From: an uncultured Gammaproteobacteria bacterium
GTDB taxonomy: Bacteria; Patescibacteriota; Patescibacteriia; SG8-24; DYFX01
Length of the DNA stretch: 64,000 nucleotides
Direction of reading: 5' to 3'
NCBI GenBank assembly: GCA_964404275.1
Contig: CAYOJH010000002.1
Location: 19,042 to 83,041, forward strand
Shown here: piece after piece, positions 18,902 through 28,643 of the stretch
Position numbering within the stretch: position 1 is the stretch's first letter
Layout of the letters: the number at the start of each line of letters is the position of its first letter
The notes under the pieces: model-generated
The model's input: only the letters and a program-made list of their open reading frames with translations
Databases searched by the model: none
What the model was told of the DNA's origin: nothing
Translations under genes and position numbers: made by a program

Positions 18902-19624
18902 ATGGAACCCGATGTACGTTTCAAGCTGCTCGAGGGCCGTTTTCACAAGATCCTGGCCCGGCTGCGCGAGTTCCGGCGCCTTCATCCCGCGAAGATGCTC
19001 GTGCTCGTCGCCGAGTTCTGGGGAACGCCGAAGGCCGGCAAGTCCACGATGCTCACGATGGCGCGCGACTTCTTGAAGCGCGTCGGCGCGAAGGTGACGG
19101 CGCGGCCGGAGGGCGCGGAAGTCGTCGATCTTCCCCGCACCACGCCGCACTACAACCTGCAGACGTGCCGCTACGCGCTGACCGAGCTGTTCATGCACCT
19201 CTTCGGCGATTGGGAGATCGTTCTCCTCGACCGAGGGCTCAAGGACGGCGAAGTCTGGATGGACTACTGGTTCGGCAAGGACATGCTCTCGGAAGGGGAT
19301 CACCGCGCGCTCGTCGGCGCGTACAACGCCCGGATCTACCGCGATCTGTTCGACCTGCACATTTGCATGGTCTGCGATCCCGAGACCGCGCTTGACCGCG
19401 AGCTCGCGCACGCCATCTCGAAGATGGAAGGCGAGACGATGAACCTCAAGACGCTGCGCAATCTGCGGGCGATCCATGAGCGCGTCTGGGCGCGCGGAGG
19501 CGGCGAGGCCGATCCCAAGATGGTCTGGCACGATACGTCCAAGGAAACGCCGGTCGAAACGTCGGAGGCCATCCTGCATGCGCTGGCCGACGCCTTCGAA
19601 CGGCGGCTCGCGACGATCAAGTAA
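18902..19624 (+). CDS. P-loop nucleotide kinase (thymidylate/dNMP kinase-like)
   Basis: EFWGTPKAGKST Walker A, LLDRG, DPETALDRE lid-like motif; GGAGG SD. Confidence 0.7.
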   Translation: MEPDVRFKLLEGRFHKILARLREFRRLHPAKMLVLVAEFWGTPKAGKSTMLTMARDFLKRVGAKVTARPEGAEVVDLPRTTPHYNLQTCRYALTELFMHLFGDWEIVLLDRGLKDGEVWMDYWFGKDMLSEGDHRALVGAYNARIYRDLFDLHICMVCDPETALDRELAHAISKMEGETMNLKTLRNLRAIHERVWARGGGEADPKMVWHDTSKETPVETSEAILHALADAFERRLATIK

Positions 19625-19650
19625 CCCGCGGCTTCGCGGGTTTTTTCTTT
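19624..19650 (+). terminator. Intrinsic terminator
   Basis: CCCGCG-gctt-CGCGGG followed by T-run. Confidence 0.75.
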
Positions 19651-19668
19651 GTGTTATGGTGGAGGCCT

Positions 19669-20247
19669 ATGCAGCCTCTCCGCATCGGCCTCGATTTCGA
19701 CGGCGTGATCGTCGACCACCATCCGCGCAAGCTGCGCCTGGCGGGGGAGATGGGCGTGCCGCTCGAGCGTTGGCAAGCGAATTCGAATTTCGTCAAAAAA
19801 TGTTTCGCGCCCGAAGCGTACCGGGCCTTTCAGTCGCACATCTACGGCGAAGGCATGAAGGACGCGCCGCCGGTCGCGGGCGCGCTCGAAGCGCTCGCGC
19901 GGCTGCCCGGCGAAGCCTACGTCATTTCCGCCCGACGGCCGGAAAACGAAACGCACGCGCGCGCCTGGATGCGGGCGCACGGTCTTCACGACGTGATTCC
20001 ATCCGACCGCGTCATCTTCTGCAACGAAGGCGCGGACAAGCGTCTGCACTGCGAGCGGCTTGGGCTCGCGCTCTTCCTCGACGACAAGCTTTCCTATCTC
20101 GCGCATCTTCCCGCCTCGATGACGCGGGTCCTGTTCGACGCGGATCGGATCGCTTCGCGGCTCGAGATTCCCGGCGATCTCCGCGTGGCGGAAAGTTGGG
20201 CGGAGTTTTCGGCGATCGCCAAAGCGCTGGTTGGGGAGCGCGCGTAA
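19669..20247 (+). CDS. HAD-superfamily hydrolase, 5'(3')-nucleotidase-like
   Basis: IGLDFDGVI motif I, ISAR motif II, K motif III, FLDD motif IV. Confidence 0.8.
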   Translation: MQPLRIGLDFDGVIVDHHPRKLRLAGEMGVPLERWQANSNFVKKCFAPEAYRAFQSHIYGEGMKDAPPVAGALEALARLPGEAYVISARRPENETHARAWMRAHGLHDVIPSDRVIFCNEGADKRLHCERLGLALFLDDKLSYLAHLPASMTRVLFDADRIASRLEIPGDLRVAESWAEFSAIAKALVGERA

Positions 20248-20270
20248 AAAAAGAGACCCCGGGAAGGGAT

Positions 20271-20753
20271 CTAACGTTTGGCGGCGGGCGCCTTCTTCGG
20301 CTGCTCCGGCGGCGCGGAGGCGACGGCGGGCTTCTTGCGTCCGAAGAGCTTGCGGAACGGCCAGCTGACCGCGCGCCACGTCTTCTTCAGGACGAAGGCC
20401 GCGAGCAGGAAGCCGACGACGGTGCCGAAGCCCGCGACGGTGTAGAGCGACGGCAGGAAGTACAGCGCGCAGAATCCGCCCGTGAGCAGGAGGATCGCCA
20501 GCGCGACGGGCTTGTATCCCGCCTTGCCGACTTTCAGCGCGAAGAGCGCGTTGACGATGGCGATGAGCGCGGTGAAAGCCGCGACGATCGTGCTGCCGAC
20601 GGGCCAGCGTTCGAGGAGCGACGCGTCGTAGAACGGTCGATCGAGGCTGGCCAGGTCATGAGAGAAGATCGCCCAGACCGCCGTGCCGACCAGCTCCGTC
20701 ACGAGGGTTTCGATGAGCGCGAGTACGCCCAGAGAACGCCAGGGATTCTTCAT
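20271..20753 (-). CDS. Hypothetical 4-TM membrane protein
   Basis: AGGAGG SD; four hydrophobic segments; basic tail. Confidence 0.7.
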   Translation of the reverse strand: MKNPWRSLGVLALIETLVTELVGTAVWAIFSHDLASLDRPFYDASLLERWPVGSTIVAAFTALIAIVNALFALKVGKAGYKPVALAILLLTGGFCALYFLPSLYTVAGFGTVVGFLLAAFVLKKTWRAVSWPFRKLFGRKKPAVASAPPEQPKKAPAAKR

Positions 20754-20789
20754 GAGAGCCTCCTTCTGCGGGAAAAGAACCGTGAAAGA

Positions 20790-20818
20790 AGCCTAGCCTG
20801 CGCGGGCGTCCGCGTCAA
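20790..20818 (-). promoter_or_regulatory. Sigma70-type promoter for 20271-20753
   Basis: TTGACG-N17-TAGGCT on minus strand. Confidence 0.55.
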
Positions 20819-20927
20819 TTCCCGCCTTATTTATGCGGGCGTTGCCTTTTTCCGGGGCCTTCTTTATACTGCCTCCGTATTGTGGATGGTGAGAACGTTC
20901 TGATCTGATTTGACTACGCTTTCCCGT

Positions 20928-22997
20928 ATGACCACACGTCGCGGCCGACCGTTTTTTTATTACGTCTCGCTGCCATTCGCCTGGATCGGCCGGGGGATCG
21001 CGCGCCTCTTCAAACCCACGCCGCGCGGCAAGATCCGCTGGGCGGTCTTGAGCGTGCTGATCCTGGCCGCTCTGGCCGGTTCCCTGGCGTATCCGCAGCC
21101 TTGGGATCGCGCCGCCGACGCTTGGAACGCCAAGGTCGTTGCGTCGTTCAGATTGCCGAACGCCTTGAAGATCCCGCACTTCAAGGACATTCCGTATCGC
21201 CTCGGCCTCGACTTGCAGGGCGGCACGCATCTTGTTTACGAGGCCGACGTCAAGGACATCCCTGATGCGGACCGCGCCAACGCGATGGAAGGCGTGCGCG
21301 ACGTGATCGAGCGGCGCGTGAACGCGTTCGGCGTGTCCGAACCGGTCGTTCAGACCAACAAAGCCGGCGACCATTGGCGCATCATCGTCGAGCTGGCCGG
21401 CGTCAAGGACGTCAACCAGGCCATCACGATGATCGGCGAGACCCCGATCTTGGAATTCAAGGAACAGAATGACGTCAGCCAGATTCCCTTGACGGCCGAT
21501 CAGCAGAAGGAACTGGACGCGAAAAACGCCGTGATCAAAAAGCAGGCGACCGACGCGTTACACGCGGCGCTGACCAACCCGAATGATGCTTCTCTTCAAT
21601 GGGACAAGCTCGGCCCGGTCACCGAGGCGCAATATCCGGAACTTTGGAAATGGGCCGACACGCATCCGGGCGTGAAGATCGACGCCGCGCTGGTCGAAGA
21701 CCAGGACGGCTGGAACGTGCTGCGCGTCAACGGCAAGGACACCTCGCAGCTCGAAGATCACGCGAGTCATATTTTGATCTGCTATCAGGGCGCCCAAAGC
21801 TGCCAAGAGCCGCTCACTAAACAGCAGGCTTTGGATCAGATCACCAAGCTGCGCGCCGAAGTCACGCCGCAGAACTTCGCCGAAAAGGCCAAGGCCAACT
21901 CGACCGACGGATCGGCCCAGACGAACTCCGGCGACCTCGGCTGGTTCACCAAGGACACGATGGTCAAGGAATTCGCCGACGCCGTCTTCGCCATGAAGAC
22001 GGGCGATATTTCGCAGCCGGTCGAATCGCCGTTCGGTTACCACCTGATCTGGAAACAGGGCGAGCGTCCGTCCGTCCGTTACGACATGGATCGTCTTCAC
22101 TTCAAGAAAGCCACGGCGGCTGACGTCGCTCCGGCGGCCGATCCCTGGAAGAACACGGGCCTTTCGGGCAAGCACGTGGCGCACGCCCAAGTGGAATTCG
22201 ATAACACCACCAGCCAGCCGCAGGTGCTCCTGACCTTCAACGACGAAGGCAAGAAGCTCTTCGGCGAGATCACCAAGCGCAACGTCGGCAAGCTCGTCGC
22301 GATCTATCTCGACGGCCAGCCGATCTCCATTCCGCGCGTCCAGCAGGAGATCGACGACGGCAATGCCGTGATCTCCGGCAGCTTCGATATCAAGGAAGCC
22401 AAGCTGCTCGCCCAGCGCCTGAACGCCGGCGCCTTGCCGGTCCCGATCAAGCTGCTTTCGCAGGAGACGATCGGCGCTTCGCTCGGCCAGGATTCGCTGA
22501 CCAAGAGCCTCAAAGCGGGCTTCTACGGCTTCCTGATCGTCGTGCTGTTCATGATCCTGTATTACCGCCTGCCGGGCCTCCTGGCCTCCTTGGCGCTCGC
22601 GATGTACACGGCCTTCTCGCTCGCCGTCTTCAAGCTCCTCGGCATCACGCTGACGCTCTCGGGCATCGCCGGCGTGATCCTCTCGATCGGCATGGCCGTC
22701 GACGCCAACATCCTGATCTTCGAGCGCATGAAGGAAGAACTGAAGAACGGCCGTCCGCTCGATTCGGCCGTCAACGAAGGCTTCAAGCGCGCTTGGACGT
22801 CGATCCGCGACTCCAACATCTCCTCGCTGTTGACTTGCGCGATCCTGTATTCCTTCACCTCGAGCTCGGTTCGCGGCTTCTCGGTCACGCTCGCGCTCGG
22901 TATCGTCATCTCGCTGTTTTCCGCCATCACCGTGACGCGCTCGCTGCTCCGTTTCGTCGGCCCGTGGGCGATGAAACATCGCTGGCTCTTCAAGTAA
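20928..22997 (+). CDS. secD: Protein translocase subunit SecD with inserted parvulin (PpiC-type PPIase) domain
   Basis: LGLDLQGG, ERRVNAFGVSEP, LNAGALP, GMAVDANILIFER; insert HASHILI...STDGS...GDLGWF....MVKEFADAVF....DISQPVESPFGYHLI. Confidence 0.93.
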   Translation: MTTRRGRPFFYYVSLPFAWIGRGIARLFKPTPRGKIRWAVLSVLILAALAGSLAYPQPWDRAADAWNAKVVASFRLPNALKIPHFKDIPYRLGLDLQGGTHLVYEADVKDIPDADRANAMEGVRDVIERRVNAFGVSEPVVQTNKAGDHWRIIVELAGVKDVNQAITMIGETPILEFKEQNDVSQIPLTADQQKELDAKNAVIKKQATDALHAALTNPNDASLQWDKLGPVTEAQYPELWKWADTHPGVKIDAALVEDQDGWNVLRVNGKDTSQLEDHASHILICYQGAQSCQEPLTKQQALDQITKLRAEVTPQNFAEKAKANSTDGSAQTNSGDLGWFTKDTMVKEFADAVFAMKTGDISQPVESPFGYHLIWKQGERPSVRYDMDRLHFKKATAADVAPAADPWKNTGLSGKHVAHAQVEFDNTTSQPQVLLTFNDEGKKLFGEITKRNVGKLVAIYLDGQPISIPRVQQEIDDGNAVISGSFDIKEAKLLAQRLNAGALPVPIKLLSQETIGASLGQDSLTKSLKAGFYGFLIVVLFMILYYRLPGLLASLALAMYTAFSLAVFKLLGITLTLSGIAGVILSIGMAVDANILIFERMKEELKNGRPLDSAVNEGFKRAWTSIRDSNISSLLTCAILYSFTSSSVRGFSVTLALGIVISLFSAITVTRSLLRFVGPWAMKHRWLFK

Positions 22998-23001
22998 ACG
23001 T

Positions 23002-23919
23002 ATGCTGCGCATCACCCAACATCGCGCGAAATTCTTCATCCTCTCCGGACTGGCCATGACGCTGTCGCTCGCGGCCTGGCTTTTCTGGGGCCTCAAGCCC
23101 GGCATCGACTTCACCGGCGGTTCGCTCTTGGAGCTCTCGTTCTCGCAGAATCCGCCGCCCATTTCGGCCATCGTCGATACGGCCAAAACCTCGCTCGGCA
23201 ACGCCCAGGAAGAAGTCACGGCTCAGCCGATCGGCGCGAACGGCGTCGTCCTGCGCATGCCGCCGATCGAAGAGGGCGCCCACCAGAAGCTCGTGACCGA
23301 TCTCAAGAGCGCCTACGGCAAGGACGGCAACGCGCTTGAAGAAAAGCAATTCCAGTCGATCGGACCCGTGATCGGCGCCGAACTCCAGCAAAAAACGATC
23401 TACGCCGTCGTCGGCGCGATCCTGGCGATCGTCCTGTTCATCACCTACGCCTTCCGCAAGGTTTCGTATCCGGTCGCGTCTTGGAAATACGGCGTCTGCA
23501 CGATCGTCGCGCTCTGCCACGACGTGCTCATCCCGGTCGGCGTCTTCTCGGCGCTCGGCCATTTCCGCGGCGTCGAAGTCGGCGCCTGGGTCGTGACCGC
23601 GCTCTTGACCGTCCTCGGCTTCTCGGTGCACGACACGATCGTCGTGTTCGACCGCATCCGCGAAAACCTGGCGCACGCCGGACGGATGTCGTTCGAGGAC
23701 GTCGTCAACCGCAGCATGAACGAGACGCTCGGCCGCTCGATCAATACCTCGCTGACCGTCATGCTGGTCTTGCTCGCGACTTACGCGTTTGGAGGCGCTT
23801 CCATCAAGGACTTCATCCTGACCATGATCGTCGGCGTCGGCGTCGGCACCTACTCCTCGATCTTCGTGGCCTCGCCGCTCCTGGTCTCCTGGCACCTGCG
23901 CTCGCAGAAAAAGCGCTAG
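23002..23919 (+). CDS. secF: Protein translocase subunit SecF
   Basis: GIDFTGGS, IGP.IG.EL, LTVLGFSVHDTIVVFDRIRE, GTYSSIFVASPLL. Confidence 0.95.
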   Translation: MLRITQHRAKFFILSGLAMTLSLAAWLFWGLKPGIDFTGGSLLELSFSQNPPPISAIVDTAKTSLGNAQEEVTAQPIGANGVVLRMPPIEEGAHQKLVTDLKSAYGKDGNALEEKQFQSIGPVIGAELQQKTIYAVVGAILAIVLFITYAFRKVSYPVASWKYGVCTIVALCHDVLIPVGVFSALGHFRGVEVGAWVVTALLTVLGFSVHDTIVVFDRIRENLAHAGRMSFEDVVNRSMNETLGRSINTSLTVMLVLLATYAFGGASIKDFILTMIVGVGVGTYSSIFVASPLLVSWHLRSQKKR

Positions 23920-24005
23920 AAAAAGAGGAAAAAAGCCTCTTCCAAAAATCCGAAAAATATGCTACGCTTCCGCCGACACGGGAGCGTCGCATTTTTTATC
24001 CGTCC

Positions 24006-25331
24006 ATGCCGCAGATCGTCATCGACCTTTCGCCTTTGTACGCGCTGATGGACAAGTCCCCGCTCCAGATCGCCTGGACGGTTTTCGCGTACGGCGGCTG
24101 GATTCCGTTCGTTTGGGTGCTGTGGAAAGGCTTATCGGATCTCTGGCTCCTGTCCCGCCAGGAAAAATACGCGCCGACCATCACTTACATCGTGCTCAGC
24201 ATCAACATCCCCAGGATGAACGAGCAGAGCCCGAAGGCCGTCGAACACATCTTCACGCACATCGCCGGCACGTATTCCTCGCCGAACTGGAAGGAAAAGT
24301 GGATCCAGGGCAAGTTCACGCCGGCCTTTTCGTTCGAATACGCTTCGCTCGAAGGCTACACGCAATTCATCGTGCGCTGCCCGATCCAGTTCCGCGACCT
24401 GATCGAAGCCTCGATTTTTTCGCAGTATCCGGACGCCGAGATCGCCGAGATCGCCGATTACACCAAGAGCGTGCCGCACAGCTTCCCCGATCCCGAATGG
24501 GACTGCTGGGGCACCGAATTCGTCCTCTCGAAGCCGAGCGCCTATCAGCTTCGGACCTACCCGGAATTCGAGCACGAGCTCTCCGGCGAGCTGAAGGATC
24601 CGCTCTCGACGCTGCTCGAGACGCTTTCGCGCCTGCGGAAAGGGGAACAGGTCTGGATCCAGCTTTTGGTCTATCCGCGCGATCAGTCCTGGATGCTGGA
24701 CTCCGCCAAAGTCGCCGCCAAAATGAAGGGCAAGGAAATCAAGAAGAAGCCGCCGGCTTGGCAGCACTTCGTCGAGGAAATGTTCAGCCTGGTCACCATG
24801 GGCGTGAGCCAGGTGGTCGGCGTGGGCGGCGAGGCCGAGAAAAAGCCGGAAGCGCGGCCGGAGAACAAGCTGTCGACCATGTCGACGGGCGAAAAAAAGG
24901 TGCTCGAGAAGATCGAAGAGAAAATGTCCAAGATCGGCTTCGGCGTGAAAATGCGCTTCGTCTATGTCGGCAAGCGCGACGTCTTCCGCAAGGGCCCGAT
25001 GATCTCGATGGTCCGCGGCGCGCTCGGGCTGTTCGGCTCGCTCGACGGCAACAGCTTCAAGAACTACGGCAAAGCCGCGCCCAAGACCGATTATTTCTGG
25101 CAGCGCTGGAGCGCCGATGAGAAGAAAACCAGGATTATCAGGCGTTTTTCGGGCCGCTCGTCCGCCGGCGCCGACCGTTTCATCTTGAACGTCGAAGAAC
25201 TGGCCAGCCTCTGGCACTTCCCGCAGATCCTGGTCAAGGCGCCGCTGCTCAAGAAGGTCGAATCGCGCAAGGTCGAACCGCCGTTCTCCTTGCCGGAAGT
25301 GCCGCCGGGGCTGCCTGAACCGAACGCTTGA
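24006..25331 (+). CDS. Conserved membrane-anchored partner of VirD4/TrwB-like ATPase
   Basis: N-terminal TM; SQYPDAEI.E..DY, L.TY..FE, EELASLWHFP motifs; abuts the ATPase gene. Confidence 0.7.
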   Translation: MPQIVIDLSPLYALMDKSPLQIAWTVFAYGGWIPFVWVLWKGLSDLWLLSRQEKYAPTITYIVLSINIPRMNEQSPKAVEHIFTHIAGTYSSPNWKEKWIQGKFTPAFSFEYASLEGYTQFIVRCPIQFRDLIEASIFSQYPDAEIAEIADYTKSVPHSFPDPEWDCWGTEFVLSKPSAYQLRTYPEFEHELSGELKDPLSTLLETLSRLRKGEQVWIQLLVYPRDQSWMLDSAKVAAKMKGKEIKKKPPAWQHFVEEMFSLVTMGVSQVVGVGGEAEKKPEARPENKLSTMSTGEKKVLEKIEEKMSKIGFGVKMRFVYVGKRDVFRKGPMISMVRGALGLFGSLDGNSFKNYGKAAPKTDYFWQRWSADEKKTRIIRRFSGRSSAGADRFILNVEELASLWHFPQILVKAPLLKKVESRKVEPPFSLPEVPPGLPEPNA

Positions 25332-25336
25332 GCGCT

Positions 25337-27241
25337 ATGCCTCCGTATCCCGCCGTGCCGTACAACCACGATCACGAGAACGAGGTCATTCCGTTCGCCG
25401 AGACGAATTTCCGCGGCCAGAACCGCGCGTTCGGCATCAAGACGGACGACCGGCGCCGCCACGTCTACGTGATCGGCAAGACGGGCATGGGCAAAACGAC
25501 CCTGCTCGAAAATTTCGTGATGTCCGACATCTACGCCGGGCATGGCTTGTGCTACATCGATCCGCACGGCGACACGGCCGACAAGATTCTGGATTTCATC
25601 CCGCCGTGGCGCATCAACGACGTCGTCTATTTCAATCCGGCCGACATGGAATTTCCGGTCGGTTTCAACATCCTCGAAATCGCGAACGAGAATCAGAAGC
25701 ACCTGGTCGCTTCGGGCTTGATGGGCGTCTTCAAGAAGATCTGGCCGGACGTCTGGTCGGCCCGCATGGAATACATCCTGCTGAACTGCGTCTTGGCGCT
25801 GCTCGACACGCCGGGCTCGACGCTCCTCGGCATCAGCCGCATCCTGGCCGACAAGGATTTCCGCAAGAAAATCGTCGAGAACGTCAAGGACCCGGTCGTC
25901 AAGGGCTTCTGGCTCAACGAGTTCGCCAAATACACCGACAAATTCGCGTCGGAAGCGATCGCGCCGGTCCAGAACAAGGTCGGCCAGTTCCTGTCGAACA
26001 CGATCATCCGCAACATCGTCGCGCAGACCAAGTCGACGCTCAACGTCCGCGAGATCATGGACTCGCGGAAAATTTTCATCGTCAATCTCTCGAAAGGCCT
26101 GGTCGGCGAAGACTCCTCGAAGCTGCTCGGCGGCATGCTGATCACGCGCCTGCAGCTCGCGGCCATGGAGCGCGTCGACATGCCGGAAAAGGATCGCCAG
26201 GACTTCTACCTGTACGTCGACGAGTTTCAGAACTTCGCGACGGAATCCTTCGCCAACATTTTGTCCGAAGCCCGCAAGTACCGCTTGGCGCTGATCACGG
26301 CGCATCAATATATCGAGCAGCTCGAAGAAGAAGTCGCGGCCGCGGTCTTCGGCAACGTCGGCACGATCATCTCCTTCCGCGTGGGCGCCAACGACGCCGA
26401 GCATCTCGCCAAGGAATTCGCGCCGACCTTCGTCGAAGAAGACATCATCAACCTGGCCAAATACGAGGTCTATCTCAAGCTGATGATCGACGGCGTGGCC
26501 TCCTCGCCGTTTTCGGCCAAGACGCTTTCGCCGATCGCCAAAAGAACCGAAAGCCGCGAGAAGGTCGTCAACGCTTCGCGGCAGCGGTACGCGCTCACGC
26601 GCGAAGACATCGAAACCAAGGTCAACACCTGGGCCGGCTTCGACGAGGCGACCGGAACCTTCGTCGGCACGGCTCGCGCGGGCGCGACGCCGGGCGTCAC
26701 GGGCGCCGCGCCTCGGGCCGCCACGCCGGAAGGCACGCCGTTCAAGGAAACTTCCGATCGGCAATACACCGCCAATTGCTCGCGCTGCAATAAAGAATTG
26801 CATTTGAAATTCCCGCCCGATCCGAACCGGCCTTTCTACTGCAAAGAGTGCCTGCCGTTCGCGCGGGCCGAAGCCGCCGCCGCGCCCGCGAAGCCCGCGC
26901 CTCGTCCACCTGCGCCTTCAAGTCCGCCGCGCCCCGCCCCCAAAGCCGCCATCCCGCCGCCGCGCCCGGCTCCCGCCCCTGCCCCGCGCCCCTCGGCGCC
27001 TCCCAAAGCCGTCGAACGCCCGCTCCCGCCTCCGCCGAAGCCGGGCATGTTCGGCGGCAAGATCCGCATTGTGACGGGGGAGCAGGAGCCCGAGGCTCTC
27101 GCGCCGGCCGCCCAGGAGAGCCCTAAGCCGCTGCCCACGCCGCCCAGGCCGCCCGCGCCGCCTCGGCTGCCCCCGCTTTCTCAAAAAGTCCCGCCATCAG
27201 CCCAAAAACCGCCCTCTGAAACGCCTTTGCCTTCGGCGTAA
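25337..27241 (+). CDS. VirD4/TraD/TrwB-like (HerA/FtsK superfamily) ATPase with CxxC-x17-CxxC domain and Pro-rich tail
   Basis: IGKTGMGKT Walker A, IDPHGD, LYVDEFQNF Walker B, SEARKYRL; CSRC-x17-CKEC; alternative TTG start at 25328. Confidence 0.85.
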   Translation: MPPYPAVPYNHDHENEVIPFAETNFRGQNRAFGIKTDDRRRHVYVIGKTGMGKTTLLENFVMSDIYAGHGLCYIDPHGDTADKILDFIPPWRINDVVYFNPADMEFPVGFNILEIANENQKHLVASGLMGVFKKIWPDVWSARMEYILLNCVLALLDTPGSTLLGISRILADKDFRKKIVENVKDPVVKGFWLNEFAKYTDKFASEAIAPVQNKVGQFLSNTIIRNIVAQTKSTLNVREIMDSRKIFIVNLSKGLVGEDSSKLLGGMLITRLQLAAMERVDMPEKDRQDFYLYVDEFQNFATESFANILSEARKYRLALITAHQYIEQLEEEVAAAVFGNVGTIISFRVGANDAEHLAKEFAPTFVEEDIINLAKYEVYLKLMIDGVASSPFSAKTLSPIAKRTESREKVVNASRQRYALTREDIETKVNTWAGFDEATGTFVGTARAGATPGVTGAAPRAATPEGTPFKETSDRQYTANCSRCNKELHLKFPPDPNRPFYCKECLPFARAEAAAAPAKPAPRPPAPSSPPRPAPKAAIPPPRPAPAPAPRPSAPPKAVERPLPPPPKPGMFGGKIRIVTGEQEPEALAPAAQESPKPLPTPPRPPAPPRLPPLSQKVPPSAQKPPSETPLPSA

Positions 27242-27260
27242 TCCCGGGGGGTTGCGGCTC

Positions 27261-27291
27261 TGTAAGATCTCTGCTGTAGTGACGTCTTACA
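27261..27291 (+). promoter_or_regulatory. Putative ECF-sigma autoregulated promoter
   Basis: TGTAAG-N16-CGTCTT just upstream of the ECF sigma gene, resembling the SigX/SigW-type tGtAAC-N16-CGwC. Confidence 0.5.
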
Positions 27292-27307
27292 AACCGAACT
27301 CGACCAC

Positions 27308-27862
27308 ATGGAACGGTTGAAGGAAGCGCTGCTCTTACGCAGAATCCAGTCGGGGGACGAGACGGCGTTCATTGAGACGTACGACGTTTTTGGGCCTAAG
27401 ATCTATCGCCACGCCCTCTTTCGTACCAGTTCGCCGGAAACGGCGGACGACATCATGAGCGAGACCTTCGTGCGCGCCTGGCAATCGGTGCGCGTCAAGG
27501 CGGAAGAGATCCAGCACCTGAAAGCTTTTCTCTACCGCATCGCCGATAACCTGATCATCGACCATTATCGCCGCAACGCCCGCGCCGCCGTGGCCATCAG
27601 CGACGAGATCGAAGAAACGCTGCGCGCGCCGGGCGATCCGCATGAGGAAATGGATCGTCTGCTGAAAAGCGAGCGCCTGGGTCAAGCCCTCTCCCGCCTG
27701 CGCCCCGAAGTCCGCGATCTGCTGGTCATGCGCTACATCGACGATCTGCCGATCGAGCATATCGCCGAACTGACCGGAAAAAAGAAAAACGCCGTATACG
27801 TGGCCCTGCACCGGGCCGTCAAAGAACTGAAACTCGCATGTCCTGCCACCCCCGAGAATTAA
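27308..27862 (+). CDS. ECF RNA polymerase sigma factor
   Basis: Region 2 (DIMSETFVRAW, FLYRIADNLIIDHYRR) and region 4 (IAELTG...NAV.V.LHRA). Confidence 0.92.
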   Translation: MERLKEALLLRRIQSGDETAFIETYDVFGPKIYRHALFRTSSPETADDIMSETFVRAWQSVRVKAEEIQHLKAFLYRIADNLIIDHYRRNARAAVAISDEIEETLRAPGDPHEEMDRLLKSERLGQALSRLRPEVRDLLVMRYIDDLPIEHIAELTGKKKNAVYVALHRAVKELKLACPATPEN

Positions 27863-28626
27863 AAAGACTCCGCCGCATTCCGGTCCCGGAAAGCGTGCTC
27901 GAAGCCGGCCGCAAACGCCTGCTGGAGTTCATGGCTGAAACGCCGATGGTGCCTCTGGGCCGCCGTCCGATGCTTTTGCGTTGGAGGCCAGCGGCCGTCA
28001 TGCTTCTCGTGGCGGTTTTCGTGACTTCGGGAGGCGGCATCGTCTTCGCCGCCCAGCGCGCGCTGCCGGGCGATCACCTGTATGCCCTGAAGCTGGCAAG
28101 CGAGGAGGTTCAGGAACGCCTGGCGATCTCGCCCGCGCAGAAATTCGCGGTCCAGGCATCCCACGCGGCCCGGCGCCTCGACGAGACCGAGCAGCTCATG
28201 CAGCGCAACGGCCTCGCGCCGCAGGAACGCGTCCTGCGCGTCCAATCGGCCCTCAAAGCGTATGAATCGCATCTCTTCGCCATGAACGTCATCGCGCTCA
28301 CGATGGCCGTCAATCATCCGAAGTCCGAAGACGGACGGAAATCGATCCAGGCCGCCGAGCGCGTGCTCGACCGCCACGCGGCCATGATCGCCTCCGCCAC
28401 CGCCGCGCAGCCGGCCATGACGGATGCGGTGCTGGATCCGATCGACGAGGACATCGAATTGCAAACCGACATGATGGGGGTCATGCCCGCCGCGTCCGGC
28501 TCCGATTCCGAAGAGGAGAATCTGCAGCACCGTCATGAAGAACGCACCCGGAAGATCGAAGAGCATCTGAAGTCGCTGCAGCTCGATCTGGGCGGAAGAT
28601 CGCTTCAACCGATGCCGAAATCGTGA
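27838..28626 (+). CDS. Putative anti-sigma factor (DUF5667-like)
   Basis: Overlaps sigma gene; one TM followed by ALPGD.LY.LKLA.E and A.RRL.E. Confidence 0.75.
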   Translation: MSCHPRELKRLRRIPVPESVLEAGRKRLLEFMAETPMVPLGRRPMLLRWRPAAVMLLVAVFVTSGGGIVFAAQRALPGDHLYALKLASEEVQERLAISPAQKFAVQASHAARRLDETEQLMQRNGLAPQERVLRVQSALKAYESHLFAMNVIALTMAVNHPKSEDGRKSIQAAERVLDRHAAMIASATAAQPAMTDAVLDPIDEDIELQTDMMGVMPAASGSDSEEENLQHRHEERTRKIEEHLKSLQLDLGGRSLQPMPKS

Positions 28627-28643
28627 TAGGCTTTCTCCGTCGT

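Noticed and set aside
26860-27240. C-rich quasi-repetitive DNA resembling a tandem repeat or DGR variable region
   Set aside because: Explained by Pro/Ala codons of the ATPase tail; no exact repeat unit, template repeat or reverse transcriptase seen
25337-27241. Conjugative element or ICE
   Set aside because: No relaxase, VirB4, integrase or att sites nearby; flanked by core genes
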